This document shows, piece after piece, positions 58,444-64,000 of a DNA stretch of 64,000 nucleotides (positions within the stretch are counted from its first letter, which is position 1; the number at the start of each line of letters is the position of its first letter). The translations under genes and the position numbers were made by a program. The stretch spans positions 292-64,291 of the forward strand of contig JAZUID010000013.1 of the NCBI GenBank assembly GCA_045642065.1, written 5' to 3'. Under the pieces are notes generated by a model. That model was not told the origin of the DNA. It did no database searches and worked only from the letters and a program-made list of their open reading frames with translations. The DNA is from Acutalibacteraceae bacterium (GTDB lineage: Bacteria > Bacillota > Clostridia > Oscillospirales > Acutalibacteraceae).

Positions 58444-59198
58444 TAACTTCTCCTCTTTCGTACAACTTCATACATAAGAATGCCGGCTGCAACCGATGCG
58501 TTCAGCGAATTTATTTTGCCGAGCATAGGTAAACTTACAATACCGTCGCAACGTTTTGCGGTTAAAGCGCCGATTCCGTGTCCCTCATTCCCGATAACGA
58601 TGGCGCAGGGCACATTAAAATCAACTTCTTCATAGTCGGTGCCGTCCATATCCGCACCAAACACCCAAACACCCTGCTTTTTAAGGTCTTCAATAGTGTT
58701 TGCAATATTTGTAACGCGGGCAACCGACATATATTCAAGCGCACCGCTTGATGCCTTGGCAACCGTAGCGTTAAGAGAGGCGCTTCGGCGTTTCGGAATG
58801 ATGATGCCGTGAACACCGCTTGCTTCTGCCGTACGGATGATAGCACCAAGGTTGTGCGGATCTTCCAACTCGTCGCAAATAATAATAAAAGGCTTTTCGT
58901 TTCTGTCATAAGCGTTTTGCAAAATATCCGAAACTTCGCAATAATTTTGAGTTGCGAACATAACCGCAACGCCTTGATGGTTGGCACCGCCACAATAATA
59001 GTCAAGCTTTTGGGGGCTAATTTCTTTTATCAAAATTCCCTTTGCAGAGCATTTTGCGATTATTTCGGTGACACTGCCGCCCGAAACACCGTGTGCCACA
59101 AACAAACGGTCAATCTCACGGCCCGAACGTATTGCTTCAAGCACCGAATTGCGACCGCAAATTATATTGTTCTGTTTTTCTTCAAAATTGTTTTCCAT
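58443..59198 (-). CDS. rlmB: TrmH/SpoU-family 23S rRNA (guanosine-2'-O)-methyltransferase
   Basis: N-terminal SpoU_sub_bind region (ICGRNSVLEAI), PHNLGAIIRTA, VIGNEGHGI and LNASVAAGILMYE. Confidence 0.85.
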   Translation of the reverse strand: MENNFEEKQNNIICGRNSVLEAIRSGREIDRLFVAHGVSGGSVTEIIAKCSAKGILIKEISPQKLDYYCGGANHQGVAVMFATQNYCEVSDILQNAYDRNEKPFIIICDELEDPHNLGAIIRTAEASGVHGIIIPKRRSASLNATVAKASSGALEYMSVARVTNIANTIEDLKKQGVWVFGADMDGTDYEEVDFNVPCAIVIGNEGHGIGALTAKRCDGIVSLPMLGKINSLNASVAAGILMYEVVRKRRS

Positions 59199-59371
59199 AA
59201 TGTATCCCTTTTAAAGTCATATATAAGACATTATAACATACAATATATAAATTTTAAATAGAAAATTGAAAAATTTTTAAAATTTATTTTTGGAATATAT
59301 TGTATTTCTAATTGCAAACGACAACTATTTGTGGTATAATATAGCAAATATTATCTTGGGGGAAGTTTAAT

Positions 59372-60610
59372 ATGAATTTTTTTGAAGATTTAAAAGATTA
59401 CGATAGCGAAGTAGCGGCGGCTTGCGAAAAAGAATTAAACCGTCAGCGCCATAATATTGAGCTTATCGCTTCTGAAAATATTGTTTCTAAGGGTGTCTTA
59501 TTAGCAGCCGGCGGAATTCTTACAAATAAGTATGCCGAAGGCTACCCCGGCAAGCGCTATTACGGTGGCTGTCAATATGTTGATATTGTTGAAGATATCG
59601 GCAGAGAACGCGCTAAAAAGCTGTTCGGTGCAGAGCATGCCAACCTGCAACCGCATTCGGGTGCAAATGCCAACTTAGCCGTTTTCTTTGCACTTTTAGA
59701 GACGGGTGACACCGTTATGGGTATGAACCTTGCCGAAGGCGGACATTTATCCCACGGCTCACCTGTAAACATTTCGGGTAAATATTTTAATATTGTGCCT
59801 TACGGTGTTAATAAGGATACCGCGTTAATAGATTATGATGAGATGGAAAGAACAGCACTTGAATGCAAACCGAAGCTTTTAGTTGTCGGCGCCAGTGCAT
59901 ATTCGCGCATCATCGACTTTAAGCGTTGCCGTGAAATTGCAGATAAGGTCGGTGCATACCTAATGGTTGATATGGCACATATTGCAGGTCTTGTTGCAGC
60001 CGGCATTCATCCGTCACCGGTGCCTTATGCCGATGTTGTAACAACCACAACACACAAGACTTTGCGCGGTCCGCGTGGCGGTATGATTTTGTGTAAAAAA
60101 GAATTTGCACAAAAAATTGACAAGGCTATTTTCCCCGGCACACAAGGCGGCCCCTTAATGCATATTATTGCCGCCAAAACAGTAGCACTTGGCGAAGCAA
60201 TGACCGACGAATTTAAAGAATATCAAAAACAAATTGTTAAAAATACAGCCGCACTTTGCAAAGCCTTTGACAAAAACGGCATCAAGATGGTTTCGGGCGG
60301 CAGCGATAACCATTTGGTTTTATTGGATTTGCGCGGTACGGGAATTACCGGCAAAGAGCTTGAAAGCCGGCTTGACGAAGTGCATATTACCGCCAACAAA
60401 AATACGATACCCAACGACCCCCAAAGTCCGTTTATTACAAGCGGTTTAAGGCTTGGATCCCCTGCCGTTACTTCACGCGGTTTTAAAGAGCCCCAAATGG
60501 AGCTTATTGCCAGCTGGATTAAGGATATAATGATCGATTTTGAAGGCAATAAAGACCGAATCACAAAAGAAGTTATTGAGCTTTGCGAAAAGTTCCCGAT
60601 TTACGAATAA
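59372..60610 (+). CDS. glyA: Serine hydroxymethyltransferase
   Basis: [11 protein letters not shown], and the PLP-lysine region [23 protein letters not shown]-17-TATAAT promoter lies upstream. Confidence 0.95.
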   Translation: MNFFEDLKDYDSEVAAACEKELNRQRHNIELIASENIVSKGVLLAAGGILTNKYAEGYPGKRYYGGCQYVDIVEDIGRERAKKLFGAEHANLQPHSGANANLAVFFALLETGDTVMGMNLAEGGHLSHGSPVNISGKYFNIVPYGVNKDTALIDYDEMERTALECKPKLLVVGASAYSRIIDFKRCREIADKVGAYLMVDMAHIAGLVAAGIHPSPVPYADVVTTTTHKTLRGPRGGMILCKKEFAQKIDKAIFPGTQGGPLMHIIAAKTVALGEAMTDEFKEYQKQIVKNTAALCKAFDKNGIKMVSGGSDNHLVLLDLRGTGITGKELESRLDEVHITANKNTIPNDPQSPFITSGLRLGSPAVTSRGFKEPQMELIASWIKDIMIDFEGNKDRITKEVIELCEKFPIYE

Positions 60611-60626
60611 AAGAGGTAAATTTTAT

Positions 60627-61331
60627 ATGTTGCAAATAAACAATCTTACCAAGATTTACGGTGAAAAGAAAGCAGTTGACAATCTTTCAATTCACATCAA
60701 ATCCGGTGAAATATACGGTTTTATCGGTCATAACGGTGCCGGCAAAACAACGACTTTAAAGTCCGCCGTCGGCATTTTAAAGTTTGAGCAAGGTGAGATT
60801 TTCGTAGGCGGTATTTCGATTAAAGAAAACCCGTTGGAATGCAAAAAGCAAATTGCCTACATTCCCGACAACCCCGATTTATATGAGTATATGACCGGCA
60901 TTAAGTATCTTAATTTTGTGGCCGATGTTTACGGTGTTTCTACTGCCGAGCGCCAGTCAAAAATTAAGAAATATGCCGATATGTTTGAAATTTACGGTGA
61001 TTTAGGGCAGTCAATCGCCTCTTACTCACACGGAATGAAGCAAAAATTAGCCATTGTTTCCGCTTGGCTTCATTCACCGAAGCTGATTCTCATGGATGAG
61101 CCGTTTGTTGGGTTAGACCCAAAAGCCGCCCACACCTTAAAGGAAATGATGCGTGAGCATTGCGATAACGGCGGTGCGATTTTCTTCTCCACCCATGTGC
61201 TTGAAGTTGCCGAAAAGCTTTGTGATAAGGTTGCAATTATTAAGGGCGGAAAGCTCATTAAATCAGGTACTATGGAAGAGGTTAAGGGCGACGAATCGTT
61301 AGAGGAAGTTTTCCTTGAATTGGAGGACTAA
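60627..61331 (+). CDS. ABC transporter ATP-binding protein (ABC-2 exporter type)
   Basis: Walker A GHNGAGKTT, signature YSHGMKQK, and Walker B LILMDEPFVGLD. The ATG at 60627 has an AGAGGT RBS. Confidence 0.9.
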   Translation: MLQINNLTKIYGEKKAVDNLSIHIKSGEIYGFIGHNGAGKTTTLKSAVGILKFEQGEIFVGGISIKENPLECKKQIAYIPDNPDLYEYMTGIKYLNFVADVYGVSTAERQSKIKKYADMFEIYGDLGQSIASYSHGMKQKLAIVSAWLHSPKLILMDEPFVGLDPKAAHTLKEMMREHCDNGGAIFFSTHVLEVAEKLCDKVAIIKGGKLIKSGTMEEVKGDESLEEVFLELED

Positions 61332-61334
61332 CCG

Positions 61335-62930
61335 ATGCTTAAAACTTTAATAAAAAAGCAGTTGGCAGAGCTTAACAGAGGCATCTATGTTGACAAAAAA
61401 GGAAAGACACGCTCTAAAAAATCTTCGCTTTTAGTCTTTTTGGCAACCTATGTGTTGTTGTTTTTAATAGCCATCGGCGGTTCTTTTACGGCGGTTAGTA
61501 TTTTACTTGCAAAGCCGTTGGCACCGGCGGGTTACGGCTGGCTTTATTATTTGGTTATGACCGGCGTTGCTCTTGTTTTAGGCGTTTTTTCATCATCCTT
61601 TAACACCTTTGCAAGTCTTTATAACGCGAAGGATAATGAAACACTTCTTGCGATGCCTATTAAAACTTCGGATATTATCCTTTCGCGTATGATCGGCATT
61701 TATATTTTTTCATTGTTCTTTACGGGAATGGTTATGTTGCCGGCAGTTATTGTTTATGCCATTGTCATTAAAAGTGTTTATGCACTTGTTACCGGTTTGA
61801 TTTTCAGCTTTGCAATTACTGTTTTGGTAATGGTGATTTCTTGTATTTTAGGCTATTTTGTTGCAAGAATAAGCAAAATTGTTAAAAACAAAAGCTTTAC
61901 GACCGTTTTGGCCACACTGCTGTTTATCGGTATTTATTATGTGGTTTATTTTAAGGCGCAGGTTGCCATAAGAAATCTTGTAGAAAACTTTGCGACAGTC
62001 GGTAAACAGGTAAAGGACAGCTCATATTTGCTCTACTTTATCGGTAAGTCCGCCACAGGCGATATTATACCGCTTTTAGCGGTTGTGGCAGCAGTTGCAT
62101 TGCTTGCATATTTAATCTATTCCCTAATTGAAAAAAGTTTCATAAAGGTCACTACAACAGCCGACCGCCAAGCACGAAAAGAAGTAAGAAAAGAAAGTAT
62201 GGCGGAAAAAAAGTTAAGCTCAACCTTGTTCGGAAGGGAAGCTTCACGGTTTGTTTCAAGCCCGACATATATGCTTAACTGCGGTTTTGGTGTTTTGCTT
62301 TATTTAGCGCTCGGCATCATTGTCTTAATTAAGGCAAAGGATATTAACAGCGTCGTTTTGTCCTTTAACTTTGTTAATAAATATTTACCGCTTATTGCGT
62401 CGGGGCTTCTTTGCTTAATTTCGGTTATGAATGATATTACGGCACCTTCGGTTTCTATCGAAGGCAAAAGCATTTGGGTTGCTTTATCAATGCCGATTGA
62501 CATTAAAAAAATATTTAAAGCCAAAATTAAGCTCAATATGGTCTTAACCTTAATACCCCTTGCAATTTGTGTTTTTTCACTTTCAATAGCGGTGCCGATT
62601 AAGATTTACAACATAATTTTAATTCTTTTAACGCCGTCAATATTTACTTGGCTTATTGCTAATTTTGGGCTTTTTGCCAATCTTAAATTTCCCAATCTTG
62701 ATTGGGCTAACGAGACGGTTGCAGTAAAGCAGGGTCTGGCACCTGTTATTGCAATTTTCGGCAGTTGGATTTATCTTGCGGCGCTTGCCGGAATTTACAT
62801 TTTGGCACGAAAAGCAATCAGTGTCAGCTTGTTTTTAGTTCTTGCGAATATTTTAAACATTGTAATATCCTTAGCTTTACGCAAATGGATTATGACAAAA
62901 GGCAAAGAAATTTACGAAAATTTAGCATAA
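61335..62930 (+). CDS. Polytopic ABC-transporter-associated permease (unknown substrate)
   Basis: 531 aa with about 12 hydrophobic helices. It starts 4 nt after the ATPase gene and is followed by a strong hairpin (AACCCCACAAC...GTTGTGGGGTTTGTTTTT). Confidence 0.6.
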   Translation: MLKTLIKKQLAELNRGIYVDKKGKTRSKKSSLLVFLATYVLLFLIAIGGSFTAVSILLAKPLAPAGYGWLYYLVMTGVALVLGVFSSSFNTFASLYNAKDNETLLAMPIKTSDIILSRMIGIYIFSLFFTGMVMLPAVIVYAIVIKSVYALVTGLIFSFAITVLVMVISCILGYFVARISKIVKNKSFTTVLATLLFIGIYYVVYFKAQVAIRNLVENFATVGKQVKDSSYLLYFIGKSATGDIIPLLAVVAAVALLAYLIYSLIEKSFIKVTTTADRQARKEVRKESMAEKKLSSTLFGREASRFVSSPTYMLNCGFGVLLYLALGIIVLIKAKDINSVVLSFNFVNKYLPLIASGLLCLISVMNDITAPSVSIEGKSIWVALSMPIDIKKIFKAKIKLNMVLTLIPLAICVFSLSIAVPIKIYNIILILLTPSIFTWLIANFGLFANLKFPNLDWANETVAVKQGLAPVIAIFGSWIYLAALAGIYILARKAISVSLFLVLANILNIVISLALRKWIMTKGKEIYENLA

Positions 62931-63025
62931 AAGCAACAAACCCCACAACCTTAAATAAAGTTGTGGGGGTTTGTTTTTATAATGTTTAAAGACAAAATAA
63001 AAAGCACCGCTATTGCAGTGCTTTA

Positions 63026-63143
<118 letters not shown>

Positions 63144-63174
63144 GTGTTTTGTTATCACTCTTGACAACGATGCA

Positions 63175-63203
63175 ATTATATCATAGTGATACTGTTTTGT
63201 CAA
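63175..63203 (-). promoter_or_regulatory. Consensus sigma-A promoter driving the 5S gene
   Basis: On the minus strand, TTGACA (63203..63198), a 17-nt spacer, then TATAAT (63180..63175), about 30 nt upstream of the 5S 5' end. Confidence 0.65.
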
Positions 63204-63442
63204 GTGTTTTTTTAAATATTTTTTTAAAAAAATTCTCTTATAATGCTGTATATGTGGATTATTGTACTCTTTGCCTAATGATTTATCTATTTTAAAATCA
63301 AATTAAGTGTTTTTTGTAGAAAATGCACAAATTTCGGTGAAAATATAGTTCTTGATACTACTTGAAAAAATTGACAGAATAATGTATTATATAATGTATA
63401 TAATAATATAAAAATAATTTTTCTGTATATGGAGATGTTTAT

Positions 63443-64000
63443 ATGACTGAATATTCTGTTTCAAGGCTTACCGATATGCTCGAAAAAAAGCTGTCACATA
63501 ACTTCGGTGTAACACCCGAGCAGGCGTCTGACGAAATCTTTTATAAGGCTTGCGTACTTGTTTTACTCGAAATTATGAGCGAGAAAAAGGCACAGTTTAA
63601 AAACAAAGTCGATGAACAGTCGGCAAAAACCGTTTACTATTTAAGTATGGAATTTTTAATGGGCAGGTCGCTTAAAAACAATCTTTATAATTTAGACCTT
63701 ACCGAAAAAATGAGTAAGGCGCTTCAAAAATTCAAGGTTAAACTTGATAATCTTTATGATTTTGAGCCTGATGCAGGTCTCGGTAACGGAGGTCTCGGCA
63801 GACTTGCCGCCTGTTTCCTTGACGGACTTTCTTCAAACAGTTATTCCGCAATGGGATACTGTATTAAGTATGAGCTTGGTATTTTCCGTCAAAAATTAGT
63901 TGACGGCTGGCAGACCGAGATGCCCGATTTCTGGCTTCCCGGCGGAAGTGTTTGGCTTGAACAACGCCCGTCTTCTGCCGTTGATATTCATTTTGACGGT
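63443..64000 (+). CDS. glgP: Glycogen/maltodextrin phosphorylase, N-terminal part (runs off the window)
   Basis: My translation is MTEYSVSRLTDMLEKKL...YYLSMEFLMGRSL.NNL...EPDAGLGNGGLGRLAACFLDGLSS, the alpha-glucan phosphorylase hallmark. A GGAGATG RBS is present. The frame is open to position 64000. Confidence 0.9.
   Translation, partial: MTEYSVSRLTDMLEKKLSHNFGVTPEQASDEIFYKACVLVLLEIMSEKKAQFKNKVDEQSAKTVYYLSMEFLMGRSLKNNLYNLDLTEKMSKALQKFKVKLDNLYDFEPDAGLGNGGLGRLAACFLDGLSSNSYSAMGYCIKYELGIFRQKLVDGWQTEMPDFWLPGGSVWLEQRPSSAVDIHFDG

Overview
This is a 64-kb chromosomal segment from a moderately low-GC Firmicute that looks Clostridia-like: it has a cohesin+SLH surface protein, an (S/P)PxTG sortase signal and a yidC/jag module. 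I call about 70 genes, most of them core housekeeping. They include rplM-rpsI, rpmH-rnpA-yidD-yidC-jag, murA, rlmH, rpmG-secE-nusG-rplK-rplA, prmC, recA-recX, rimO, pgsA, cysE-cysS, rsmI, tsf-rpsB, rlmB-(unknown)-metG-tatD and glyA, plus tRNA-Tyr, tRNA-Thr, tRNA-Arg and a stand-alone 5S rRNA gene. The unusual content is as follows. (1) An AT-rich restriction-modification island (9.5-12.8 kb) has a fused C5-cytosine + N4/N6 amino-methyltransferase and a divergent 419-aa HNH nuclease. (2) A 941-aa membrane protein in the rlmB-metG operon looks like a P1B-type ATPase that has lost every catalytic motif and carries a ~390-aa acidic N-terminal region. (3) An AraC-linked sugar-phosphate locus encodes two SIS proteins, a PfkB kinase and Gfo/Idh/MocA-type proteins but no transporter. 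(4) A GT2 glycosyltransferase is fused to an anomeric-sugar-kinase-like domain. (5) secE encodes a 229-aa, roughly 5-TM protein. (6) The tRNA-Tyr and tRNA-Thr 3' ends are each duplicated about 155 bp downstream. (7) A candidate yybP-ykoY-like leader precedes a Ca2+/cation antiporter gene. I saw no CRISPR array, transposase, integrase or prophage genes. All calls come from motif recognition by eye on the supplied ORF track and sequence. No database search was run, and RNA ends are accurate to a few nt.
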